64,000 nt of DNA from Endomicrobiales bacterium. Lineage in GTDB: Bacteria > Elusimicrobiota > Endomicrobiia > Endomicrobiales > JAFGGC01. This document shows positions 54,738 to 63,231 of this stretch, one piece after another. The translations under genes were made by a program, and so were the position numbers. A model generated the notes under the pieces. That model searched no databases, had not been told where the DNA came from, and worked only from the letters and a program-made list of their open reading frames with translations. The stretch is taken from positions 135,796 through 199,795 of the forward strand of contig JAFGGC010000013.1 in NCBI GenBank assembly GCA_016930715.1, in the 5' to 3' direction. How positions within the stretch are numbered: position 1 is the first letter of the stretch; every line of letters starts with the position of its first letter.

Positions 54738-56009
54738 ATGATGAAAAAACGAGTTAGTATCTTTACCGCTGCGGTTCTGTGCTTTGTTATCAGTTATTCG
54801 GTGATTACGCCCGTCAGGGCCGCCGTCGATCAAACTTACGACCAGTTGAGGCTTCTGGTCGATGTAATGGGGTTGATAAGGGAAAGTTACGTAGAGCCTA
54901 AAGAAAACAAGGAACTGCTCCTGGGCGCCATCAACGGAATGGTGAGAAGCCTGGACCCATTTTCGCAGTTCATGGAGCCCGACACCTACAAGGAGATGAA
55001 GACGGAAACTGAGGGGCAGTTCGGCGGTCTCGGCATAAGGATATCTATAAAAAGCGACTGGCTTACGATAATCACGCCCATACCGGGGACCCCCGCCTAC
55101 AGGATCGGGCTTCTTCCTGAAGACAGGATTGTCAAGATCGAGGGAACAAGCACCGCTGGCATCAGCATCAACGATGCCGTCAAGAAACTGCGCGGCACGC
55201 CCGGCACAAAGGTGACCATATCGGTGGCGCGCGAGGGGGAGAAGGAACCCATAGATTACACCATAACCCGCGAGATAATAAAGATAGAAACCATAAAAGC
55301 GAAAATGCTTTCGGACGGAGTGGGTTATATAAAGCTGACGGAATTTAACGCGAACACGGAAAGGGACCTTTCAAAAGCCCTTTCTTCGCTTAAAAAGCAG
55401 AAGATGGAATCCCTCGTGCTTGACCTGAGGAATAATCCCGGCGGGCTTCTTGACATAGCGGTGGACGTCTGCAAGGAATTCATCGGCGACGGCAAACTCA
55501 TAGTCTACACGCAGGGCAGGCGGCCCGAAAGCAGAAGGAACTACACATCTTCCGGGCCGGCTCCCCACAAAGACCTGCCCATGGTGGTCCTCGTGAACCG
55601 TGGATCCGCTTCCGGTTCGGAGATCGTGGCAGGCGCTCTGCAGGACCTCAAAAGAGCGCTAATAGTCGGGACGACCACCTTCGGCAAGGGCAGCGTGCAG
55701 TCCGTTTTCCCGTTTCCGGACGGCAATGCCTTGAGACTGACCACAGCCAAATACTACACGCCTTCCGGAAGGAGCATTCACAGGGACGAAAAAACCGGCG
55801 CGGGAGGCATAATACCGGACGTGGTGGTTGAAGTGCCGAGGGAAGTCGAGGCTAAACTGTACATGCAGTCGGAAGAGGTCTTCGCGCTCGGCAAAAAGCC
55901 TAAATCCTCGGTAGAGAAAAAGGATGTTATTGAAGATGCCGCACTTCAGCGGGCAATAGAGCTTTTGAAGATGCGCGAGATACTGATGTCTCTTAAAGAC
56001 TCGAAATAG
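54738..56009 (+). CDS. ctpA: Carboxyl-terminal processing protease (S41)
   Basis: FGGLGI, the PDZ domain (GTPAYRIGLLPEDRIVKIEG), LVLDLRNNPGGLL, LVNRGSASGSEIVAGALQD, GKGSVQ. Confidence 0.85.
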   Translation: MMKKRVSIFTAAVLCFVISYSVITPVRAAVDQTYDQLRLLVDVMGLIRESYVEPKENKELLLGAINGMVRSLDPFSQFMEPDTYKEMKTETEGQFGGLGIRISIKSDWLTIITPIPGTPAYRIGLLPEDRIVKIEGTSTAGISINDAVKKLRGTPGTKVTISVAREGEKEPIDYTITREIIKIETIKAKMLSDGVGYIKLTEFNANTERDLSKALSSLKKQKMESLVLDLRNNPGGLLDIAVDVCKEFIGDGKLIVYTQGRRPESRRNYTSSGPAPHKDLPMVVLVNRGSASGSEIVAGALQDLKRALIVGTTTFGKGSVQSVFPFPDGNALRLTTAKYYTPSGRSIHRDEKTGAGGIIPDVVVEVPREVEAKLYMQSEEVFALGKKPKSSVEKKDVIEDAALQRAIELLKMREILMSLKDSK

Positions 56010-56043
56010 AATTACCTGCAGGACCGTAGAACGGCGGACAAAA

Positions 56044-57141
56044 ATGTTATTGAATTCAAAAGGCATCGTTAAAATAGCGTATCTTGCCGTATTGTTTCTG
56101 CTCGGCGTGCTGATATGGCTTTTGTGGCAGTCCGCCAAGAGGGATTACACCGCCGTGTGCGTCGATTTCGACGGCATGGTCAATGCCGTCCTTGTCCAAA
56201 ACGGCGTCAGGGATTCGGATATCCTGGCGCAGGTGAGGAAGGAAAGAAAAGCGCTCGGGGATGTCTGGGTGGAGTATGAGAAAAAGATAAAGATTTCCGG
56301 AAAGGCGGACCCCGAGAAGATAATGTCGGGTATAAAAAAATCCGCACGCGGGCTTGAGATCGGCATCGAAACAAAGAAAGAAAAGAGCGGCTCGTTTTTA
56401 GTGGAAGCTTATCTGGGAAGGAAATGCCTGATGAGGCTTTCGCTCGTGGCAAAAACGGGCAAATCGGGCAAAAAAGCCGCAATAGTGATTGACGACGTCG
56501 GTTACGCCAAGAACCTCGAGCCGTTCATTGACATCGGCATACCGATAACGTTCGCCATTCTGCCGTCCGAAAGGTATTCCAAGTATTCGGCTCAATTCCT
56601 GTCCAAAAAAAGCATGCCTTATATTTTGCATATGCCGCTTGAACCGGAAGGATATCCCGAAGTCGACCCCGGAAAAGCTGCGATACTTGTTTCGATGGGC
56701 AGAAAAGAGATCAAGGAAAAATTCTATTCGGCGCTGGAATCCGTTACGGGAGCCGTCGGGGTGTCAAATCATATGGGCTCGCGGTTTTCCGCAGACGCAG
56801 AAAAAATGAGGATTTTTCTCGAACTGGTGAAGCAAAAAGGGCTCTTCTATTTCGATTCGTACACTTCGCAAAAGACGAAAGCCGAGAAGGTCGCCAGGGA
56901 GATCGATATGCCGTTTGCCGAAAACGCGGTTTTTCTCGACGTGAAGGATGACCCGGAATATTACAGCGGTCAGATGGAAATCTTCCTGCGCAAGGCAAAG
57001 AAAACCGGCCGGGCCATAGCGATAGGACACATACACAAGAAAGAGCTTCCGAACGTGATAAAGAGCAAGCTGGAAAAATTCAGGGAAAACGGGATTGAAT
57101 TCGTGTATCTTGATGAGATAGTGCGGGATGAATCGAAATGA
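56044..57141 (+). CDS. yibQ: Divergent polysaccharide deacetylase (YibQ family)
   Basis: N-terminal TM, then AAIVIDDVGY, PITFAILP, LHMPLEP, GVSNHMGSRF, IAIGH. Confidence 0.7.
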   Translation: MLLNSKGIVKIAYLAVLFLLGVLIWLLWQSAKRDYTAVCVDFDGMVNAVLVQNGVRDSDILAQVRKERKALGDVWVEYEKKIKISGKADPEKIMSGIKKSARGLEIGIETKKEKSGSFLVEAYLGRKCLMRLSLVAKTGKSGKKAAIVIDDVGYAKNLEPFIDIGIPITFAILPSERYSKYSAQFLSKKSMPYILHMPLEPEGYPEVDPGKAAILVSMGRKEIKEKFYSALESVTGAVGVSNHMGSRFSADAEKMRIFLELVKQKGLFYFDSYTSQKTKAEKVAREIDMPFAENAVFLDVKDDPEYYSGQMEIFLRKAKKTGRAIAIGHIHKKELPNVIKSKLEKFRENGIEFVYLDEIVRDESK

Positions 57142-58166
57142 AGCTCATTGGAATAGAGACGTCATGTGACGAAACGTCCGCGGCCGTGGTGGAAAACGGC
57201 GGGAAAATACTTTCGAACGTCGTAGCGTCTCAGGTGCACGTCCACAGACGATTCTCAGGGGTGGTGCCGGAGCTAGCCAGCAGGCACCACGTCGAGAATG
57301 TCAACTGGGTAATCGGCGCGGCGCTTAAAAAATCCGGGATAGGGAAAAAAGACGCCGCAAGGAAAATTTCGGCCGTGTGTTACACGAGGGGTCCCGGGCT
57401 TGCGGGTTCTCTGGTTGTGGGCCAGGTCGCGGCGCAGTCGTTCTCTCTTGTTTACGGCCTGCCTCTTGTGTCAGTCAACCATATTGAAGGGCATCTTTAT
57501 TCCGTTTTGCTCAAGCATAGAGAGCTCAAACCGCCTTTTTTGTCGCTTGTAGTGTCGGGCGGGCACACGGAGCTTGTGATAGTGAGGGATTTCGGGAAGT
57601 ACAGGGTTCTCGGAGGGACCAGGGACGACGCCGCGGGCGAAGCCTACGACAAGGTCGCGAAACTTCTCAAGCTGGATTATCCGGGAGGGCCCGCGATAGA
57701 CGCTCTTTCAAAAAGAGGGAACCCGGCCGCCGTTAATTTTCCCAGGCCCTATCTGTGGGGAAGCTGGGATTTTTCTTTTTCGGGCATAAAGACTTCAGTG
57801 GTGAACTACGTGTCAAAGAACAAGTACAGGACCGAAGACGTGTGCGCTTCTTTCCAGCAGGCGGTAGTGGAGACCTTGGTAAACAAAACGATGGCGGCCG
57901 CGAAGGCCCATAACATTAAAAAGATAGCAGTGGGCGGCGGAGTGGCGGCGAATTCTCTGTTACGGCTCGAATTCAAAAAGGCCCAGAAAGAATCCGGAAG
58001 AACGGTTTTTTTGCCGGATACTGAACTCTGCACGGACAACGCCGCTATGATAGCCTGCGCGGGCTATTATAAATTCAGATCACGCGATAATAAAAGATCT
58101 TTTAAAACTGCCATGAGCGAAGGAATTGAACCTTCGATGAAACTCGAGGACTGGAATGCAAGGTAA
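57138..58166 (+). CDS. tsaD: tRNA N6-adenosine threonylcarbamoyltransferase
   Basis: IGIETSCDETSAAVV, VPELASRHH, GPGLAGSLVVG, NHIEGH, SGGHT, GEAYDKVAK, GGVAAN. Confidence 0.9.
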   Translation: MKLIGIETSCDETSAAVVENGGKILSNVVASQVHVHRRFSGVVPELASRHHVENVNWVIGAALKKSGIGKKDAARKISAVCYTRGPGLAGSLVVGQVAAQSFSLVYGLPLVSVNHIEGHLYSVLLKHRELKPPFLSLVVSGGHTELVIVRDFGKYRVLGGTRDDAAGEAYDKVAKLLKLDYPGGPAIDALSKRGNPAAVNFPRPYLWGSWDFSFSGIKTSVVNYVSKNKYRTEDVCASFQQAVVETLVNKTMAAAKAHNIKKIAVGGGVAANSLLRLEFKKAQKESGRTVFLPDTELCTDNAAMIACAGYYKFRSRDNKRSFKTAMSEGIEPSMKLEDWNAR

Positions 58167-58191
58167 AACCGTCGCCGGGCGCGTGCGGCCA

Positions 58192-59181
58192 ATGAACATA
58201 GGCAAAGTCAGGCTGAAGAACAACCTGGTAATGGCTCCGATGGCGGGAATAACCGATTTTCCATTCAGGACGCTTGCGCGCGAAGCGGGCGCCGGGCTTG
58301 TCTGCAGCGAGATGTTTTCGTCAAAAGCAATTATTCACGGCCACGCGAGGACCGTCGAGTCGGTCAGGGTGAAAAGTTCCGATCATCCATTGTCCGTCCA
58401 GATATTCGGTTCGGCCGCCAGCGACATGGCCGAATCGGCCAGGATTGTCGAAGACGGCGGCGCGGACATCGTGGACATAAATCTCGGCTGTCCGGTAAGA
58501 AAAATAGTGAAATCCGGGGCGGGGGTCAAAACGGTCGAGAACGAGCAGAGACTGCGCGCCATAATGGAAGGCGTGGTCAAGCAGGTCAAGATACCCGTCA
58601 CGGTCAAGATAAGAACAGGTTTTGACGGAAGGACAAACATTTCTTCGCGCGTTGCCAAAATTGCCGAAGAATCCGGTATTAAAATGGTGGCCGTGCACGG
58701 CAGACCAGCCGAACGGCATCACAGCGGAGCCGTGGACCTTGACGCCATTAAAGAAACCGTAGATTCCGTCCGCATTCCCGTTATCGGCAACGGTGGCGTA
58801 AAGAACGAGCTCACGGCAAGGGAGTTTTTTGACAAGACGGGGTGTGCCGGGCTGATGATAGGCCGCGCGGCGATAGGGGATCCGGGGTTGTTCAAAAGGA
58901 TCGAGCATTTCATGGATCACGGCGACCTCCTGCCCGCGCCGACCTGGGAGGAAAAAATAGAGCTTCTTAAAAAACACGCCGAAAGATCTTCGGCGCATTA
59001 CGGCGAAAAGAGGGGTATCATAGTTTTGAGAAAAATAGCCGCATATTATCTGAAAGGCATGCCTAACGCGTCCAGGGTCCGGCAAAAATTCAACGCCATA
59101 GAATCATTAAGAGAACTGGAAGCTCTTCTAGGCGAAATATGGGAATCGCCGTATTTCGCTGAAGAAACCGCGTTTGAATAG
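58192..59181 (+). CDS. dusB: tRNA dihydrouridine synthase B
   Basis: NNLVMAPMAGITDFPFR, QIFG, DINLGCP, GAG, TVKIR.G, AVHGR. ATG at 58192 is chosen. The ORF-track 58156 would overlap tsaD by 11 nt. Confidence 0.85.
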   Translation: MNIGKVRLKNNLVMAPMAGITDFPFRTLAREAGAGLVCSEMFSSKAIIHGHARTVESVRVKSSDHPLSVQIFGSAASDMAESARIVEDGGADIVDINLGCPVRKIVKSGAGVKTVENEQRLRAIMEGVVKQVKIPVTVKIRTGFDGRTNISSRVAKIAEESGIKMVAVHGRPAERHHSGAVDLDAIKETVDSVRIPVIGNGGVKNELTAREFFDKTGCAGLMIGRAAIGDPGLFKRIEHFMDHGDLLPAPTWEEKIELLKKHAERSSAHYGEKRGIIVLRKIAAYYLKGMPNASRVRQKFNAIESLRELEALLGEIWESPYFAEETAFE

Positions 59182-59848
59182 GATTATCGTGCACAGAGAA
59201 AACAACGCTGACCATGGCAGGTTCAAAAGGCAGGGTTTTCCGGAAGCGGTATACGCTCCCGGCAAGCCGGCAAAAACCGTGATATCTATATGCAGGAAGC
59301 TCGCTGTTTCGGAAGGCCCGGTCATCGTGACGAGGGCTGAAAGGGCCCTTTTCGGGTCCGTCAAAAGGGCGTTCCCGAAAGCGGTTTATTTTGAAAGAGC
59401 CAAAATAGTACTTGTCAAGGCGATGAAGAAAAAGGCTATTTCGTCCGGCTATGTCTGTGTCATAACGGCCGGCACGACGGATGTTCCCGTGGCTGAAGAA
59501 GCCGCCGTTACGGCCGAGGCTCTAGGCGCGAAAGTCAGGAGAATTTACGACGTGGGAGTCGCGGGCGTTCACAGGCTGCTGGAGCACAAGGACGCCATAT
59601 CGGCGGCTAAATGCGTAGTCGTTTGCGCCGGTATGGAAGGGGCGCTGGGCAGCGTCGTGGGAGGAATGGCCGCCTGTCCGGTGATAGGAGTGCCGACTTC
59701 CGTTGGATACGGCGTGTCTTTCGGAGGGGTTTCGGCGCTTCTTTCAATGCTGAATTCCTGCGCGGCCAACGTTTCGGTCGTGAATATCGACGACGGTTTC
59801 GGCGCGGGAGTGATAGCAAGTCTGATTCTAAAAGGAAGCAAAAGATGA
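59174..59848 (+). CDS. larB: Nickel-pincer cofactor biosynthesis protein LarB (AIR carboxylase-like)
   Basis: D..R..R.GFPEAVY..GK, VITAGTTDVPVAEEA, AGMEGALGSVVGG, PVIGVPTSVGYG. TTG start. Confidence 0.75.
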   Translation: MNRIIVHRENNADHGRFKRQGFPEAVYAPGKPAKTVISICRKLAVSEGPVIVTRAERALFGSVKRAFPKAVYFERAKIVLVKAMKKKAISSGYVCVITAGTTDVPVAEEAAVTAEALGAKVRRIYDVGVAGVHRLLEHKDAISAAKCVVVCAGMEGALGSVVGGMAACPVIGVPTSVGYGVSFGGVSALLSMLNSCAANVSVVNIDDGFGAGVIASLILKGSKR

Positions 59849-60930
59849 AAACGGCATATTTCAACTGCTCGTCCGGCATAGCGGGTGACATGGTAACGGC
59901 CGCCCTGATCGATGCCGGAGTCAGCAAAAAAGCTCTCGTATCGGCGCTGAAAAAAGCGTTGGCCGTCAGAAACTGGGATATCGCGATGCGTAACACTATC
60001 AGGGGGCATTTTCCGGCCAAGTATCTGACGATACGCGGCGACAGGCATCTTTCATTGCGGGAAATGAAAAATGTTTTCAAAAAAAGCAGGCTGCCCCAGG
60101 AAACAAAGGAACGGAGCCTTCGGATACTTTACGAGCTTATCGACGCAGAGGCGAAGGTTCACGGCACGAAACCAGGGAAGGTCCATTTTCACGAGATGAG
60201 CTCCGTTGACACAGTGATAGACGTTGCCGCTTCCTGCCTGGCTCTGCGGATGACGGGCGCCAGAAAGGTGTATTCCTCGCCAGTGAACGTAGGCAGCCCG
60301 GCGCCCGCGGCGATCGAGATAATAAAAAAGAAGAAGATACCGGTGTACTCCGGAGACGTTGCAAGGGAACTTGCCACTCCCACGGGCATCGCCATAATTT
60401 CCCACCTGGCGGACGGGTTCGGGCCAATGCCACTGATGTCCGTAGAAAAATCCGGCGCGGGCGCCGGGACGGCCGATACCGGGAACCGGCCGAACATCTT
60501 AAGGGTCTTTATAGGAAAAGCGGGAGGGGTGCCACCGTCGAATATGGACAATGTAGTGCTTCTTGAAACGAATATCGACGACATGGACCCAAGAATATTC
60601 CCGTATGTTCTGGAAAAGCTTCTTGAATCCGGCGCCAGGGACGCCTGGCTCACCCAGTTGATAATGAAAAAAGGAAGGCCCGGGACTAAACTTTCGGTTA
60701 TTTGCGTGCCGGAGACAGAAGCTGAAATATCGGGTATAATATTCAAAGAGACGACTACTCTCGGAATCAGGCGTTTTGAGATATCAAGGCACGTGCTGAA
60801 AAGGCGGGAGCTTCGCGGTGAAAAAAGGATATACCTTCCCGGTGGTCGCGCGTTCACGAGACGGGAGTTCGAAACGGCAAAGAAAATGTCGGACAATGCC
60901 GGGGAGCCGATACTTGAATTCCTGGATTGA
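59845..60930 (+). CDS. larC: Nickel insertion protein LarC (DUF111)
   Basis: YFNCSSGIAGDM..AALIDAG, HFHE..S.D...D, TP.TG.AI, E.N.DD. ATGA overlap with larB. The ORF-track start at 59611 lies inside larB. Confidence 0.7.
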   Translation: MKTAYFNCSSGIAGDMVTAALIDAGVSKKALVSALKKALAVRNWDIAMRNTIRGHFPAKYLTIRGDRHLSLREMKNVFKKSRLPQETKERSLRILYELIDAEAKVHGTKPGKVHFHEMSSVDTVIDVAASCLALRMTGARKVYSSPVNVGSPAPAAIEIIKKKKIPVYSGDVARELATPTGIAIISHLADGFGPMPLMSVEKSGAGAGTADTGNRPNILRVFIGKAGGVPPSNMDNVVLLETNIDDMDPRIFPYVLEKLLESGARDAWLTQLIMKKGRPGTKLSVICVPETEAEISGIIFKETTTLGIRRFEISRHVLKRRELRGEKRIYLPGGRAFTRREFETAKKMSDNAGEPILEFLD

Positions 60931-60981
60931 TAGGGCGTAACTGCCGGACACATATTAAACTCATACGGAGGTAAACTTAAA

Positions 60982-61752
60982 ATGATTGACATCCTGACGT
61001 TATTGGGCCTCGGACTGGGCATCGGCGCGGTCTACATCGTGATGTACTGGGGGGGGATAAGCCATCTATTGTGGCACAGGGACGCCGCCGTTCTCGTGTT
61101 CGGAGGGACCTTCGCGTCAATGCTGATATCCTCCCCGCTTGACACGATACTGCGACTTCCCAAAGCGCTGCTTACGGTGTTTTTTCAGAAGAGGACGTAC
61201 GGGCCACAGCAGATAATCGACCTTATAGTCGGTTTTTCGGAAAAATCCATAAAAAGCGGCATAGATTCCCTGCAGGAAGACGTCGCTCAGATCAGGGACA
61301 GGTTCCTTGCCGACGGCATCGGCATGGTGATCGACGGCCTGAGCCCCGATCTTGTCAGGGAAAACCTTCTCAAGGAGATCACGTTCATAAGAAAGAGGCA
61401 TTATCAGGTTTCGAACATCATCAGGTCCATGGGGACATATTCCCCGATATTCGGGCTTCTGGCCACGCTTCTGGGAGTCGTTCAGGTGCTGCGCAGCATA
61501 AGCGACCCGAAGAGCCTTGGAACCTCAATGGCGATAGCCGTTACCGGAACGTTCTACGGCATAGCCGCCGCGAATTTCCTGTTTCTTCCCATCGCCAACA
61601 AGCTTGACGCGCACACCGACACGGAGCTTCTTGCCAAGGAAGTGATGATAGAGGGCATACTTTCGATACAGGCAGGCGATATGCCGATGATCGTCGGTAA
61701 AAAACTCAGGGCGTTTCTGGCCCCGAGGTTAAGGGGTACGGCGGGGAAATGA
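60982..61752 (+). CDS. motA: MotA/PomA-type proton/sodium channel stator subunit
   Basis: It is 256 aa with 4 TMs, the central cytoplasmic loop and the C-terminal channel helices (GTFYGIAAANFLFLPIANKL). Confidence 0.75.
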   Translation: MIDILTLLGLGLGIGAVYIVMYWGGISHLLWHRDAAVLVFGGTFASMLISSPLDTILRLPKALLTVFFQKRTYGPQQIIDLIVGFSEKSIKSGIDSLQEDVAQIRDRFLADGIGMVIDGLSPDLVRENLLKEITFIRKRHYQVSNIIRSMGTYSPIFGLLATLLGVVQVLRSISDPKSLGTSMAIAVTGTFYGIAAANFLFLPIANKLDAHTDTELLAKEVMIEGILSIQAGDMPMIVGKKLRAFLAPRLRGTAGK

Positions 61753-62423
61753 AGGGTTCATTCAGGTCGGACAGGGACGAGGAAGAGCATAAAGCCGCTA
61801 AGACCGAGAAGCTATGGCTGATCATTTACACCGACATGATCAGCAACCTGGTCATATTCTTTCTCATGCTTTACTGCCTGACCTGGCTCAATGAGGACGA
61901 GAAAAAGATAGCGGCGGCGTCCTTCAAGGAAGCGTTCGCGGGCGAAAGAAAAGCCGTCGAGAACGTGATGACCGAGATAGAAAAAGGCCTTGAAAAGGAC
62001 AGGAACGTCGAGGGCAAGCTGAAAGAGGAGTTCGCCAATAACATAGAAGTTAGCGAGAAAAGAATAACCATTATCCTGCCTAGCCCGGTCCTTTTCGATT
62101 CAGGAAGCGCGGAGCTGAAACCTTCCACCAAAAATACTCTCAAAGAGATTGCGGATATAGTTAAAAGCATATCCAACAAGATAATAGTCGAAGGCCACAC
62201 GGACGACATTCCGATAAGCGGCAGGTACGCCTCCAACTGGGAGCTGTCTTCGGCACGGGCGTTCAGCGTCATCAAGTATTTCATCGAGGAATGCGCCGTT
62301 GAGCCGGCAAGGCTTTCCTCCATCGGCCACGGGGAATTCAAGCCGAAATTTCCGAACGACAACGCGGAACACCGCTCCAAGAACCGCAGGATAGAGATCA
62401 ACATAATAAAGGCGAACACGTGA
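61749..62423 (+). CDS. motB: MotB/OmpA-family stator subunit, paralogue 1
   Basis: The TM carries the conserved Asp (WLIIYTDMISNLVIFFLMLY). The OmpA-like domain shows EGHTDD.P, SNWELSSARA and NRRIEI. ATGA overlap with motA. Confidence 0.75.
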   Translation: MKGSFRSDRDEEEHKAAKTEKLWLIIYTDMISNLVIFFLMLYCLTWLNEDEKKIAAASFKEAFAGERKAVENVMTEIEKGLEKDRNVEGKLKEEFANNIEVSEKRITIILPSPVLFDSGSAELKPSTKNTLKEIADIVKSISNKIIVEGHTDDIPISGRYASNWELSSARAFSVIKYFIEECAVEPARLSSIGHGEFKPKFPNDNAEHRSKNRRIEINIIKANT

Positions 62424-63142
62424 ACGAAAAAAATGGCCATAACGGCACGAGGCTGGACCGGAGGTCCAGGAAGATAGACACCACGGATATCTGGATAATC
62501 CCTTACGCCGATTTTATGAGCGTTCTCATGGTGCTTTTCTTGATGATGTTCGCTTTCGCCTACACGTCAAAAAACGAAAAAAGGTACGGAGAGATAATAG
62601 TGGCGCTACAGACGGAAATGGGGGGCAAGGTAAAGAAGGATTTCCTTGAAAAAATAGACGAAACCGCCAGAACGGAACAGACGGTGATGAAGTTCGACGA
62701 GATGGTCGAAGCTCAGAACCTCAAGAAATACGTGACGGTTTCCTATGACGCCGACCAGATCAAGATAATGATGAAAAACCCCGTCCTTTTCGGCTCCGGG
62801 CAGATTGAGCTCAGGAGAGAATCAAGGGTCATACTGCACGAAGTGGCGCAGATACTATCTAACATAGACAACGATATCATCGTCGAAGGCCACACGGACG
62901 ACATCCCTCTGGCCGGCACTGGAAAAATTCGTTCAAACTGGGAGCTTTCCCAAAGAAGGGCCATAGAAGTTATTAACTACCTCATAGAAAAAGAGAAGCT
63001 CGCCCCTAACAGGTTCGCCGCGGTCGGCTACGGTGAGTACAGGCCGCTGTATCCGAACGATACGCCTGACCACCGCAGCCAGAACAGGAGAATCGAGATA
63101 AATATCCTTCGCGGCAAATCTGACAAGCAACCCTCGAAATAA
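62420..63142 (+). CDS. motB: MotB/OmpA-family stator subunit, paralogue 2
   Basis: WIIPYADFMSVLMVLFLMMF, EGHTDDIP, SNWELSQRRA and NRRIEI. GTGA overlap with paralogue 1. Confidence 0.75.
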   Translation: MNEKNGHNGTRLDRRSRKIDTTDIWIIPYADFMSVLMVLFLMMFAFAYTSKNEKRYGEIIVALQTEMGGKVKKDFLEKIDETARTEQTVMKFDEMVEAQNLKKYVTVSYDADQIKIMMKNPVLFGSGQIELRRESRVILHEVAQILSNIDNDIIVEGHTDDIPLAGTGKIRSNWELSQRRAIEVINYLIEKEKLAPNRFAAVGYGEYRPLYPNDTPDHRSQNRRIEINILRGKSDKQPSK

Positions 63143-63154
63143 TTCAAAAAATAC

Positions 63155-63182
63155 TTGAAATTGCAGGAAAATCTGTTATAGT
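63155..63182 (+). promoter_or_regulatory. Sigma-70-like promoter upstream of the coiled-coil gene
   Basis: TTGAAA (63155-63160), a 16-nt spacer, then TATAGT (63177-63182). Confidence 0.4.
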
Positions 63183-63231
63183 TTTATTATCCATTGGAAA
63201 AACAGACACTTTTTCACTATGAGGTATTGAA

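Noticed and set aside
60982-63142. The MotA/MotB genes could form a Zorya-type anti-phage module.
   Set aside because: ZorA carries a very long C-terminal helical tail, whereas this MotA is a standard 256 aa. No ZorC/D/E-like nuclease or helicase genes follow. The downstream coiled-coil gene has its own promoter and cannot be assessed because it is truncated.
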